Source: an uncultured Hyphomicrobiales bacterium
GTDB lineage: Bacteria > Bacteroidota > Ignavibacteria > Kapaibacteriales > UBA2268
DNA: 64,000 nucleotides
NCBI GenBank assembly: GCA_964462685.1
Contig: CAYWYR010000006.1
Span: 79,687 to 143,686 of the forward strand
Direction of reading: 5' to 3'
Positions 38,901-47,994 of this stretch are shown here, piece by piece (positions within the stretch are counted from its first letter, which is position 1; every line of letters starts with the position of its first letter). The notes under the pieces are model-generated. The model ran no database searches. It was not told the origin of the DNA and saw only the letters and a list, made by a program, of their open reading frames with translations. The position numbers were made by a program, and so were the translations under genes.

Positions 38901-40707
38901 CATCTTGGGGGCTACCTCCAACTACTCTCCATTGAAGCTCGCCACCCGCATTATAATACTCGATCAACAAATCTTTTCCACCGTTGGAAGGCGTACTGTT
39001 TCCTTTGGATACGATACTTCTTTCATATCCCCCGCCTACCATAAGTCCTGTTTCATCCTCTGTATGGTCAATAACAAGTAACGTATCATTATCCCTGCCG
39101 CCAGTGGAGTTTGCCCATAGGAATGAATTAAAAGCTTTCTTGAATAGCTTTACCTGTACATCTGGTTGGTCATCGGTGAATGGGTGATCCCAATCATAGG
39201 ATAGTCCTGTTGCTCTTGATTCTATCAGATCCCAGTTAGCCCCGTTATCAGTACTGTAAGTTATCTCTATCTCATCGTCTTCCGCTACACCTGTCCAGGT
39301 TATGTTCACGGGATCACAAAGGTTTTCTATATCGGCATCCACAGGCCCTGTAAGGATAACCTGGTCTATACCCCCATAGGTAGTTACATTTGGCATACAG
39401 TATTCAGATTCAAAAACGATATCCGCCTGCCTATAGATCTTACCATCAGTCTGCGTGAATCTGACATCTAACTCAAGCGTTTCTCCGGCTGGCACTGTAT
39501 ATGGTGGGTTTACGGGATTGCCATTCAACCTTTGCTGAACAATGGCGAAATTGGTATTAGGTTGCAAAGAAACCCCTGTAACATCAACATCCAGATTATC
39601 AGGTATGTAACTGATGGTCTGTGTTACAGCATTCTGCGGCCCGATATTTGGGTTGCCGAAGAATAAATCCTGAGAGCTAAGTGTAAATTGAGCGATAGAC
39701 TGTTCTCCAGCATCATAATTACTTACAGAGGTCAATCCGTTTTTAAGGAAATTGATATTCACTCTTCTGGTTCGATCGGCGGGTGTACAGCTATATGGGG
39801 ACTCCCATAAAAGCTCACAAGTCTGTGTTGATTGTATTTCCAAGGCAAGCAACTCATAAACTTCTGATATTTTTTCAGGGGAATCGATTTTGAAATCACG
39901 CCCGTTCGTTCTTTGGGACATCTCGTTTAAGAACGGATCAACATTATTGAATATCGCGATTGAATAGAATATGATATTTTCGTCGATCATATCCTGGATC
40001 GCTCTATCACCTCGGGTAAAGTTTTCTCCATCCACAAGCCTATTGATGATATCGCTATCGCTCGGTTTACCATCGGTAAGGAATATCACGATATTCGGCA
40101 TATCGTCAGGGCGGTCGTCGAAAAGAATTTTAGCATTTGGGCTGTCAGGATCAGAGTCACCATTGATTGGGGGAAGATAACGTGTCGCGTTCTGTAGCAC
40201 GATGTTATCCAGGGAGTCTTTGAGTTCTGCTTTATCATTTGTCCAAGGGCAGTTGATTACTGCGTTGAATCCGAATATCAAAGTAGATATCCTTGTTCTG
40301 CCTACCATATCCACTCGGTCAATAAATGTACTGACAGCTTGCTTGACAAAATCAAGCCGGGTCTGCTCAGTATCTTCTACCGTAATATCCATCGAGCGGG
40401 AAGCATCAATAATAAGTAGGATATTTACCTCTGGATCTTCTTCCGATGGAGTACATTCAACTCGTGCCGTAGAGCTCACATCGTATTCAACACCATCTAC
40501 AAATTCAAGAATCTGAAAATCAGAGTCTTGGATATCTGTATAATTTGTGTTATTCGGAGCTTTGGCAACGAAATTCGTTTTAATTTCAGGGAAGTTTTCA
40601 GTTTGTATCGTCGATGTACTGAATCTCTGAGCTTCTATTTCCTTTGCTGGGATTATAGTCATAATCGCGGCAAATACAAATATTAGTCTTATATAATAAC
40701 TTTTCAT
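35908..40707 (-). CDS. Large secreted vWA-domain surface protein with T9SS C-terminal sorting domain
   Basis: Signal peptide. A vWA MIDAS context LLIIDASRSMD...TDG follows near the N-terminus, then >1000 aa of beta-rich Ig-like sequence. The terminal ~80 aa end ...LYQLVFQTRVSTETQRLMIKR, typical of Por CTDs. Confidence 0.6.
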   Translation of the reverse strand: MKSYYIRLIFVFAAIMTIIPAKEIEAQRFSTSTIQTENFPEIKTNFVAKAPNNTNYTDIQDSDFQILEFVDGVEYDVSSTARVECTPSEEDPEVNILLIIDASRSMDITVEDTEQTRLDFVKQAVSTFIDRVDMVGRTRISTLIFGFNAVINCPWTNDKAELKDSLDNIVLQNATRYLPPINGDSDPDSPNAKILFDDRPDDMPNIVIFLTDGKPSDSDIINRLVDGENFTRGDRAIQDMIDENIIFYSIAIFNNVDPFLNEMSQRTNGRDFKIDSPEKISEVYELLALEIQSTQTCELLWESPYSCTPADRTRRVNINFLKNGLTSVSNYDAGEQSIAQFTLSSQDLFFGNPNIGPQNAVTQTISYIPDNLDVDVTGVSLQPNTNFAIVQQRLNGNPVNPPYTVPAGETLELDVRFTQTDGKIYRQADIVFESEYCMPNVTTYGGIDQVILTGPVDADIENLCDPVNITWTGVAEDDEIEITYSTDNGANWDLIESRATGLSYDWDHPFTDDQPDVQVKLFKKAFNSFLWANSTGGRDNDTLLVIDHTEDETGLMVGGGYERSIVSKGNSTPSNGGKDLLIEYYNAGGELQWRVVGGSPQDDLITGVVEFVNEIFVVGYTYNQFNFGSIQDNSKNPGVKYGFLARIGKDGVVKEQYLLGGDGSAPSFELEPVGIRVFEGNLEIYTRYLGQYTNDLNQIQVTNKNFPLVNNWSGAALTVRLDENNRMQLIDIIPGQRNPALYRRTSVTTPGTDVQYDIGTFSDSREFGSYNVISIGGVDGYITAFGESPSSEDISDPFDIFRPVIEFDITNRPVDFTVVPILATDTKSFPNAIVNTSSLPVVINDFYFQPDDNVFSVLSGLEEADLPITIPPGEALDLEIAFTPNEDRQFNASLILESECANQISLQITGLGECVLEVTENVNLNQFIVGGEDITLVEDIFTNSNGGSIEVEPQLNSPDFSIRSITKSNGDVVYTGDGTGIVSFVVEGGQSLDMEIAFAPQAIGDRTADIDFITNSFCDNPAATLSGEGVNAQLLVDDLDFGQRRVNTVNTGQIRVRNLANAAVAIEGIEFGGTSNGYRLLDINLPFNVPANDEVLLEVEFSPLAENNFNTPVNITQGGGEVLVSNVTGTGTNPTLLPTYNCPIDPEVNIAYEIVVNLENTSQFEATEIQSAAFDFGGDYTLLDGAGGNPVNQLNNLTIPTESNIDIYVRFTPSSAAPAQDILNFVADIAEGNGVDNQVEGTVTVQEEFNCGASDLQEPVDVSFNLLACYDFNTSITVSNPNASTMTINAADVVITGANPEIIDIASLDDVIIPANSTDFEYGFTIRVPDNNTYSATIDLSNNTFNAQRIYNITANGNYITVETQEAAYDQKVGEVTDIVLIAKIPPLDHPIAELDFEMTYDPNVLFFDDLTQNMIFPTAGWSFSVIDENIDVSNNLLRFNSVGLPANITNAGEVELVSLPTTFLLGTTEAMVAEFTVISSECGREPTIVGAEFVTSWECEADYIRTVINSGPAANIQSIAPNPVSDFVNLNVTSPFDIMGTVTLVNTTGSVEAVLFDGIVNQGDNEILLDLSTQPNGLYQLVFQTRVSTETQRLMIKR

Positions 40708-40802
40708 CTTTCCTTTAGCTTAATGCACAATCCCTCTTATCTTAATAACATATAAGAGAAGAAAAGTTGCAATTTAAGGAAAGAAAATTAAATTAACCTT
40801 TT

Positions 40803-41939
40803 TTAAGATACCGGGCTTTCTAGAAATCTCATCTTCATATTGACCGAATCGATTTCTACTTTTGTACCTATAGGCATTGTTAGGTTGTTTTTGGTATGTC
40901 CGAAGGGTAATTTGGCCATTACAGGTATATCTAAAGGCCCTAGTAATTGCTCGAAAACCTGGCGTATTGTAAAAGAACCGTAAGGCTTGAAGCTATATTT
41001 TGCATCTAGTGATCCGATATTACCGATGAGAATACCCTTTACTTGCTGGAACACGCCCGCAAGCATAAGCTGGGAAAGCATCCTGTCGATTTTATAAGGC
41101 TGTTCGGATACATCTTCGATAAATAATATTTTATCTTTGAAATCAGGTTGATAAGGTGTACCCATAAGGCTCGCCACTAATTTCAGATTGCCGCCTATCA
41201 GTTCTCCCTGTGCCGTCATTACAGCTGCAAAATTCTCGCCACCGCTAAACGATACCTCTAGCCCCGCCCAATCGCTGCTGAAAAGGAGCTTTTTGACATA
41301 ATCCGTAGTGAATCTATTGAAACTCGAATATCCCACAGGGCCATGGAATGATATTATGTTGGCAATGCTATAGACTGGGTTTACAAGTGCTGTAATATCG
41401 CTAAATCCCATTATTATCTTTGGGTTGTTCTTTATAGCTTCCCAGTCCAGCAAGTGTAGCATTCTCATAACGCCATAACCGCCGCGCCCGCATATTATAG
41501 CATCAACGGACTCATCATTAATGAAGGACATGAATTCCTCTGCCCTTTTTTCATCTGATGCTGATAGATATTTATAACTGCGATCCTGATATTTGATAGT
41601 ATCGCCGAGAATAACCTTACAACCAAAAGTCTCGAAAGTTGCCACTCCCCGCCTTATCATTGCTGTGTTTGCAGCCGATGCTGGAGCCGTAAAAGCCACT
41701 ACTGATCCATCCGATAGTGACTTTGGCTTTGTTTTATAGCTATCGGGTTTGCTGCCTTCCGTACTTTCAAGATCGTGGATATGCGGAGATATACTTTTGC
41801 CAGCATTCAAAGTATCGCTGTCCGCAACTATTCCGCCGCTACCATCTACTAAATTCGAGCCTATTTTGCCGCCCACAGCCATAACTGCTGGTACTGCCAT
41901 GGCTTTTCTTAAAAAATCTCTTCTTATCATTTCCTTCAT
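40803..41939 (-). CDS. LD-carboxypeptidase (peptidase S66) with Tat-type signal peptide
   Basis: RRDFLRKAMAVPAV twin-arginine motif, GFSDITAL nucleophile context, C-terminal His/Glu region. Confidence 0.7.
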   Translation of the reverse strand: MKEMIRRDFLRKAMAVPAVMAVGGKIGSNLVDGSGGIVADSDTLNAGKSISPHIHDLESTEGSKPDSYKTKPKSLSDGSVVAFTAPASAANTAMIRRGVATFETFGCKVILGDTIKYQDRSYKYLSASDEKRAEEFMSFINDESVDAIICGRGGYGVMRMLHLLDWEAIKNNPKIIMGFSDITALVNPVYSIANIISFHGPVGYSSFNRFTTDYVKKLLFSSDWAGLEVSFSGGENFAAVMTAQGELIGGNLKLVASLMGTPYQPDFKDKILFIEDVSEQPYKIDRMLSQLMLAGVFQQVKGILIGNIGSLDAKYSFKPYGSFTIRQVFEQLLGPLDIPVMAKLPFGHTKNNLTMPIGTKVEIDSVNMKMRFLESPVS

Positions 41940-42065
41940 TCCTTAGGCATAGTAAAAATTATGCCGTAATTTTATGACGAACCGTTCGTATTATCAGTTT
42001 CTAATCTTTTAAGCGAATAGAGAATAAATAAGCAAATCATTAAAGAGAACAAAGAAAGAATAGGC

Positions 42066-42767
42066 ATGAACAAAGATCAAAAAATTGCTCTTGTTACAGG
42101 AGCGAACAGAGGCATCGGCAAGGAAATAGCAAAGCAGTTAGCTGAAAAAGGAATTACCACTCTTTTTAGTGCTAGAAGCCAGAAAAAAGCCGAGGATGCC
42201 GCGAGTGAGATTTCCGATAAAAACATCATACCCCTGAAACTCGATGTCAATGACCAAAACAGTATAGCCTATGTTAGGGACTGGATCAAAAGGGAATACG
42301 GAAAGCTCGATATCCTTATAAATAACGCTGGTATCAATTATGATACTTGGCATAATGCAAGCAATGCAGATATAGAGAATATCAAAGAAACCTTTGATAC
42401 CAACTTTTTCGCTGTTATAGAAACTACTCAGATACTTATGCCTATGCTTAGTAAGGCCCGGCATGCGAGAATCATAAATATGAGCAGTAGCGCTGGCGCA
42501 TTGAACGGAATGGGCGGAGGCACACCTGGTTATTCAGCATCTAAAGCCGCACTCAATGTTTTTACCATAAAACTCTCTGAAGAGATTCAAGAGAAAGGAT
42601 TCAGCGTAAACTCTGTTTGCCCAGGTTGGGTAAGGACAGATATGGGCGGGCCCAATGCTGATCTATCTGTAGAGGAAGGAGCTGATACCGCGGTTTGGCT
42701 TGCTACCGAAGCGCCAGAAAGCCTGACCGGAAAATTTATGAAGGAAAGAAAAGAAAGAAGCTGGTGA
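42066..42767 (+). CDS. Short-chain dehydrogenase/reductase (SDR) family oxidoreductase
   Basis: TGANRGIGKE cofactor motif, NNAG, S...YSASKAAL catalytic tetrad. Confidence 0.8.
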   Translation: MNKDQKIALVTGANRGIGKEIAKQLAEKGITTLFSARSQKKAEDAASEISDKNIIPLKLDVNDQNSIAYVRDWIKREYGKLDILINNAGINYDTWHNASNADIENIKETFDTNFFAVIETTQILMPMLSKARHARIINMSSSAGALNGMGGGTPGYSASKAALNVFTIKLSEEIQEKGFSVNSVCPGWVRTDMGGPNADLSVEEGADTAVWLATEAPESLTGKFMKERKERSW

Positions 42768-42770
42768 AAA

Positions 42771-42812
42771 ACAAAACGGCCTGACAGTAATTTCTATCAG
42801 GCCGTTTAATTT
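42771..42812. terminator. Bidirectional terminator hairpin between convergent SDR and nuoD genes
   Basis: AACGGCCTGA-12 nt loop-TCAGGCCGTT 10-bp perfect stem. Confidence 0.55.
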
Positions 42813-42830
42813 CTTCAAATATACTTTTGT

Positions 42831-44123
42831 TTACTTATCTGCCTCACCCATAATAGGATCGATAGAGCCGATTATGGCAACAATATCCGATAGCATTGAA
42901 CCTTCGCACATATAACCTAAGCCCTGTATATTTGATGCGCACGGGCTGTTGATTTTGAGTTTCCACGGTGTGCCGGTGCCATCGGCCACTATATAATAGC
43001 CTAACTCACCTTTAGGGGATTCAACTACCGTATAAGTTTCTCCGCGTTCAGCGGCAGAACCGAAGTTTACGATCATAAAGTCGTTTATAAGGTCTTCCAT
43101 CTTAGTATAAACGTCTTTTTTCTTAGGAAGCACAAGCTTCGGATCGTTGGCAAGTGTATCGCCAGCCGGCATTTTATCTAGAATCTGATGGATCATTTTC
43201 AGTGATTCGTCCACCTCGCGGATACGAACCATATAACGGGACCATACGTCACAGTCGTTCTCTGTGATCACATCAAAATCCAACTGATCGTATATTAGAT
43301 ACGGGTTGTCTCTTCTGAGGTCTTTATCAACCCCTGAACCGCGAAGTGTGGGACCCGATAAACCAAGCTGTATAGCTTTCTCAGGATCAACAACGCCTAT
43401 ACCCGCCATTCTGTCTATGAATATTCTGTTTCTATGTACAAGTTTTTTGAAGTAATCCATCTCTCCAGGGAATGCATTTGCCCAATCCCTGATATCCTGG
43501 AGTACATCATCGGAAATATCATTGGCTACTCCACCGATACGAGCATAACTCGTTGTAAATCTAGCGCCGCAGATTTTCTCAAATAGGTCATATAGCTTTT
43601 CTCTTTCAGTAAACGCCCATAGAAGTAGTGTAAGTGCGCCAACATCCATACATGTCGCGCCCATTGCCATCAGGTGTGATGATATTCGAGCCATCTCTGA
43701 AACGAGTGTTCTGATCCACTGTGCCCGGGGCGGGGCCTCTATGCCCATTGCATTTTCGAATGCAAGGCAAATCGCTACATTATTCTGCATCGGAGCAAGG
43801 TAATCGAGCCTATCTGTGTGGGGTATAAACTCATAATAAGTCGAGTTTTCGGCAAGTTTCTCATAGCCACGGTGCAGATAACCAAGCTCCGGTACGCATT
43901 TGAGAACTGTTTCCCCGTCCAACCTTAAAAGCACCCTCAAAACGCCGTGAGTGGCAGGGTGCTGAGGTCCCATATTTAGAACCATGTCATTTTCAAGCGG
44001 GTCGTCAAAAATTACAGAAGTGTCTTTGTCAAGTAGCTTTGCATAGATTTTTTCCTGACGCCTGTCATTTAGCAGATCTATCTCTGAGGTTTTCTGGAGA
44101 TTCTCATTCTTGTACATGAACAT
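42831..44123 (-). CDS. nuoD: NADH-quinone oxidoreductase subunit D (49-kDa subunit), apparently monocistronic
   Basis: MVLNMGPQHPATHGVLRVLLRLDGE and C-terminal conserved region; no NiFe-hydrogenase Cys motifs; no other nuo genes adjacent. Confidence 0.8.
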   Translation of the reverse strand: MFMYKNENLQKTSEIDLLNDRRQEKIYAKLLDKDTSVIFDDPLENDMVLNMGPQHPATHGVLRVLLRLDGETVLKCVPELGYLHRGYEKLAENSTYYEFIPHTDRLDYLAPMQNNVAICLAFENAMGIEAPPRAQWIRTLVSEMARISSHLMAMGATCMDVGALTLLLWAFTEREKLYDLFEKICGARFTTSYARIGGVANDISDDVLQDIRDWANAFPGEMDYFKKLVHRNRIFIDRMAGIGVVDPEKAIQLGLSGPTLRGSGVDKDLRRDNPYLIYDQLDFDVITENDCDVWSRYMVRIREVDESLKMIHQILDKMPAGDTLANDPKLVLPKKKDVYTKMEDLINDFMIVNFGSAAERGETYTVVESPKGELGYYIVADGTGTPWKLKINSPCASNIQGLGYMCEGSMLSDIVAIIGSIDPIMGEADK

Positions 44124-44245
44124 AGTTTAACTCGCTTTCAGATAATTGAGGTATATACCGATTGACAATTTAACTATATAACGAAAGAAAGCCAAGATTG
44201 GTGGTAACCTTTAAGAAGTTAATCTTTTAGGTAAATAAATGATCT

Positions 44246-44848
44246 TTATAGTTTTATTTCTTTAGTCGCTATTTTCTGCAATATCATAGGATATATCTTG
44301 TGCTCGCAACGAAGTACTTTCTTCGCTAGTAATTCTTCTGTATCGTTTTTGTCGATATCTACCCGGCAGCGGCCGAGTATTTGCCCTTCATCATATTCTT
44401 CGGTAACTTGATGAACCGTAGCCCCGCTTTCGGTTTCCCTGGCTTCGATAACGGCACGGTGGATTTTCATGCCATACATGCCCTTGCCTCCGTATTTAGG
44501 TAATAGGGAAGGATGGATATTGGTGATACGCCCTTTCATGTGATGTATAACCTCTTCAGGGAGTTTTTTCAGATACCCCGCCAATACAAGTAAATCAACA
44601 TTGTATTTTTCGATTAGATCTATCAACGCAAAAGCTGGCCCGTCCTCTTCGGTATGGGTTTTGGAGCTGATATGATAAAAAGGAACAGCATGGTTCATCG
44701 CCCTTTCTTTTACCGGAGCCGTGGAGTTGTTACTCATAACAAAGCATGGTTCAGCAGAAAGCTCTCCGTTTTTTATCGAGTTTAATATAGCTTCTACATT
44801 TGAGCCATTACCGGAAGCTAAAAGGCCAATATTCAGCTTATCATCCAT
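44246..44848 (-). CDS. purN: Phosphoribosylglycinamide formyltransferase
   Basis: GLLASGNGSN, NIHPSLLPKYGG and D-containing active-site context; 200 aa. Confidence 0.85.
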   Translation of the reverse strand: MDDKLNIGLLASGNGSNVEAILNSIKNGELSAEPCFVMSNNSTAPVKERAMNHAVPFYHISSKTHTEEDGPAFALIDLIEKYNVDLLVLAGYLKKLPEEVIHHMKGRITNIHPSLLPKYGGKGMYGMKIHRAVIEARETESGATVHQVTEEYDEGQILGRCRVDIDKNDTEELLAKKVLRCEHKIYPMILQKIATKEIKL

Positions 44849-44964
44849 ACATTACAAAGGGTTGTTTTTTCTACTACTTCTAAATATACTAAAGAATATA
44901 GAATAGGGGATAAATGTTAGAAACTAATCATACAATACTGAATACGTTGCAGGATATCATTCTG

Positions 44965-45642
44965 TCACTCAACATCTTCTTCGGTTTCTGGCCTTCCAAA
45001 ACGCGGCGGCATCGATTTTAACAGTTCTAATATAAACATTGTACTACTTTTCAGTTTCTCAATGCCGTCATTATTAGTGATAGTAAAATCGGCCAATCTC
45101 TCTTTTTCCTGCTGCGACAACTGGCTGTTTCTTATAGAATCAATAGTTTCTTGCGATAAACCTCGGGATTCCAGTAATCGTTTATCTGAAACATCTTCAT
45201 CAACTGATACCTGAACCACATAATCACACCCTTCGGCCATTCCGCTTTCAAAAGCCAATGCGGATTCCACAAAAACGATATCCTTTTCGTTATCTGGGTT
45301 TTCCAGATACCCCTCAATAGAGCTGAAATTACTTTCAAGTACATAAGGATGAACTAAAGCGTTAATAGCGTTCCGGTTTTCATCACTATTATCTTTACCG
45401 AATATCAAAGCCCTCACAAGCTCTTTATTAATCTCATTCCCCTCAAAAATTTCTTCCCCGAACTTCTCGATCAGTTCTGCTTTTACTTCCGGGTCGGTAG
45501 CGATTATATCCTGTGCAACCCTATCGGAGTAAAGAACGAAATATCCTTCATCTTCCAAAAACCGACAGACAGTACTCTTACCTGAACCTATGTTTCCGGT
45601 TATACAGATTATTTTAGCGTTTTCTTTTCTGTCGTTGTTCAT
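44965..45642 (-). CDS. coaE: Dephospho-CoA kinase with C-terminal extension
   Basis: ICITGNIGSGKST P-loop, 225 aa. Confidence 0.75.
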   Translation of the reverse strand: MNNDRKENAKIICITGNIGSGKSTVCRFLEDEGYFVLYSDRVAQDIIATDPEVKAELIEKFGEEIFEGNEINKELVRALIFGKDNSDENRNAINALVHPYVLESNFSSIEGYLENPDNEKDIVFVESALAFESGMAEGCDYVVQVSVDEDVSDKRLLESRGLSQETIDSIRNSQLSQQEKERLADFTITNNDGIEKLKSSTMFILELLKSMPPRFGRPETEEDVE

Positions 45643-46209
45643 TTACTTCAGTATTTGGTCGTTAGATAGTAGTGAATACCTTTCCATATCTTTCCAGATG
45701 CAGTTGATCTTCAGTAGCTCCCTTGATGTTCCTTCATACTGAAAACCCAGTCGCCTTGCAAGATTGTTAGAGCGTAAGTTTATTTTATCGATATTCATCT
45801 CAAGCCTGTGCAACCCGACAGATTCAAACATAAAACCGCATACCTCTTTAATTGATTCACTCATCATTCCCCTGCCTTCATATCTTTTATCAATTGAAAA
45901 AGCGAGATGCGCGGAATATGAGTTTCCGAAGATAATCTTGTAAACAAAGATATCAGCAATTATCTTAGTTCTCTGGTTATCATCTTTTTCAAAAACGAGA
46001 AACTTCAGGGCTTGATTTGCCTTCATAAGTGAAGTTTCCAGCTTTATAATAGCTTCTATATCCTCAAATTCTGGTGAACCATCTGTATTGTATGGGATAA
46101 ACTCTCTGAACGCTTTATAGTTCAGTTTATGATATTCCCATAGAAGGTATGAGTGCTCGGTATTCTGAGGCACTATCGATAGTCTTTCTGTATCCAGCTT
46201 AAAATCCAT
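45643..46209 (-). CDS. GNAT family N-acetyltransferase (RimJ/RimL-like)
   Basis: 188 aa, acetyl-CoA binding-like R.GfqyeG region, stop/start abutting coaE. Confidence 0.55.
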   Translation of the reverse strand: MDFKLDTERLSIVPQNTEHSYLLWEYHKLNYKAFREFIPYNTDGSPEFEDIEAIIKLETSLMKANQALKFLVFEKDDNQRTKIIADIFVYKIIFGNSYSAHLAFSIDKRYEGRGMMSESIKEVCGFMFESVGLHRLEMNIDKINLRSNNLARRLGFQYEGTSRELLKINCIWKDMERYSLLSNDQILK

Positions 46210-46337
46210 CTGACAAATTTATCAAAAGTTGAGAGAAAGATTTGGAAATTATAACCTTAACCCGTAATTTTGATCTCTTTACTGATCGGCACTAACAAAA
46301 ACCTTTCAGCGTACTACAAAAGTACTTAAAGAAACCT

Positions 46338-46409
46338 GGCCCGTTCGTCTAGCGGTTAGGACACCGCCCTTTCACGGCGGCAACACGAGTTCGATTCTCG
46401 TACGGGTCA
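46338..46409 (+). tRNA. tRNA-Glu (anticodon UUC)
   Basis: GGCCCGTTCGTCTAGCGGTTAGGACACCGCC-CTTTCAC-GGCGG...GAGTTCGATTCTCGTACGGGTCA; closely resembles canonical bacterial tRNA-Glu. Confidence 0.85.
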
Positions 46410-46420
46410 CTTAACAGTTA

Positions 46421-46459
46421 AAGAGCTAATCCTTTCACAGGTTTAGCTCTTTTTTTTTA
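46421..46459 (+). terminator. Intrinsic terminator after tRNA-Glu
   Basis: AGAGCTAA...TTAGCTCT stem followed by T8. Confidence 0.6.
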
Positions 46460-46465
46460 TCATTA

Positions 46466-47353
46466 TTGGGATATGTCATGAAAAAAATCTCATTGGCAAT
46501 ACTTGCTTTCGCAGGTATATTTTTAGCGTCTTGTTCTGAAGACGAAGATTCACCGGTAAATGCTGGTGCGGAAACTATCACTCTCGATTTGGAAAGTGAA
46601 GCATCATATAAGTTCTATCCATTAGCTGTTGGCAACTACTGGATATACCAAACTGAATATGTAAATGAAGACGGACAGCCTTACGATGGAACATATAAAG
46701 ACAGCTTTGAAAACTCCACAGATTCTGTTTTCATAGTAAGGGCGGTAAGATATAAGGGTAAGGATGCCTATGAGCTTCTGCATAAATCTAGCGATGGTTC
46801 AGAACAAACTTCATATTATACTTTAGAAAATGATATGGTTTATAGTTACTCTGAATTAACTGATGAGCAAAGGCAATCAAAAGCACAAGCTGAAGCTCAA
46901 GGTAGTTTTGCAGTTTATCCAGAAGGGTGGTTGCCATTCTTTAGTTCAACTGTAGGAAGTGAAAATACAATATGGTATGAAGAGTTCAATAACAGTCCTC
47001 AGCAGGGTGTAACAATGTCTGGTGTTTATGACTATAAATTTAACACTGTAGGCATAACTGAAGGTGAATTGATGGGCAATACCGTAAATATGCTAAATAT
47101 CGACTATAATTACATATTCGATGTTAATTATGAAGTCGGTGGTATTCCTAACTCGGTACCACCTATGTATGCTGAAACAACTTATGAAGCACGTTTTGCA
47201 GAAAATATCGGTATGGCATATTTCGAAACTGACCTTAACGGATTCAACCCTTTTAAATCCTATATGGAAAGCATGGGTGAAATACCAGATGGATTTGAGT
47301 TTCCTGTTTTACCGATTATGACTCGGACTCTCATTCGCTACAACATAAACTAA
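46466..47353 (+). CDS. Hypothetical lipoprotein
   Basis: Lipobox LASCSEDED after signal peptide; no recognisable domain. Confidence 0.4.
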   Translation: MGYVMKKISLAILAFAGIFLASCSEDEDSPVNAGAETITLDLESEASYKFYPLAVGNYWIYQTEYVNEDGQPYDGTYKDSFENSTDSVFIVRAVRYKGKDAYELLHKSSDGSEQTSYYTLENDMVYSYSELTDEQRQSKAQAEAQGSFAVYPEGWLPFFSSTVGSENTIWYEEFNNSPQQGVTMSGVYDYKFNTVGITEGELMGNTVNMLNIDYNYIFDVNYEVGGIPNSVPPMYAETTYEARFAENIGMAYFETDLNGFNPFKSYMESMGEIPDGFEFPVLPIMTRTLIRYNIN

Positions 47354-47376
47354 GAGTACATGCCTTGTACTATCTT

Positions 47377-47418
47377 AGAAAAAAGCCTTGTTGTATTCAC
47401 AGCAAGGCTTTTTTTTAT
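47377..47418. terminator. Bidirectional terminator between convergent genes
   Basis: A-run, AAGCCTTG...CAAGGCTT stem, T8. Confidence 0.55.
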
Positions 47419-47443
47419 AATGCTACTTCTTTTTATAAGCATT

Positions 47444-47890
47444 CTATATAAGGTTATGACCGCTTAAAACTTCTTTCCTGAGTTTATAAGCTAATTGTTC
47501 GGCATTTATTTTCTCCACTAGTTCAATAATATCCTCTTCATCATAATAGCTTTCCAAAAGATCCACCTTTTCACCTTCACCTTTAATTCTCATTCCCTTA
47601 TATATTGTATTATTGAGCCTACGAAATTGCAGATCATCATAAGATATCGTCTTAGTCTTTATCATATAATCAAACTTTACTCCCATCGGTTTAAATGATA
47701 TCTTTAGTGGCTTGAATAGATCCATGATATAATAGAAAAGCACTATGCTAAGTATTATAACAGCCGGTACCATAGCATAGATTATAGGATTACCTTCCGC
47801 ATAGTATTCTGGTAAGTTCCATACATTTATACCTAAAAGTAAAGTGAAAGAAATAATTGACATATACCTGTTCTTATGTTTTAATGTCAT
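47444..47890 (-). CDS. Hypothetical membrane protein (true start probably internal Met; the track's start at 47941 lies in a terminator hairpin)
   Basis: Two TM helices then soluble domain; the first 17 codons of the ORF as given in the track are encoded by the AGCCACC/GGTGGCT terminator of the upstream gene. Confidence 0.3.
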   Translation of the reverse strand: MTLKHKNRYMSIISFTLLLGINVWNLPEYYAEGNPIIYAMVPAVIILSIVLFYYIMDLFKPLKISFKPMGVKFDYMIKTKTISYDDLQFRRLNNTIYKGMRIKGEGEKVDLLESYYDEEDIIELVEKINAEQLAYKLRKEVLSGHNLI

Positions 47891-47923
47891 TGCTTCATTT
47901 GATGTATTGGAAGTCAGGTTAAA

Positions 47924-47954
47924 CAAAAAAAGCCACCCCATAAATGAGGTGGCT
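47924..47954 (-). terminator. Intrinsic terminator after the DUF4397-repeat gene
   Basis: AGCCACC-loop-GGTGGCT with the A-run on the plus strand giving a T-run on the minus strand. Confidence 0.5.
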
Positions 47955-47994
47955 TCAATTTAGATCATTTCTACAAAATATCAATCACTGATAA

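Noticed and set aside
40737-40765. Inverted repeat CTCTTAT-N13-ATAAGAG upstream of the vWA adhesin gene as an operator
   Set aside because: It is short (7-bp arms) and AT-rich, so it is expected by chance in AT-rich intergenic DNA. There is no second copy elsewhere in the window.
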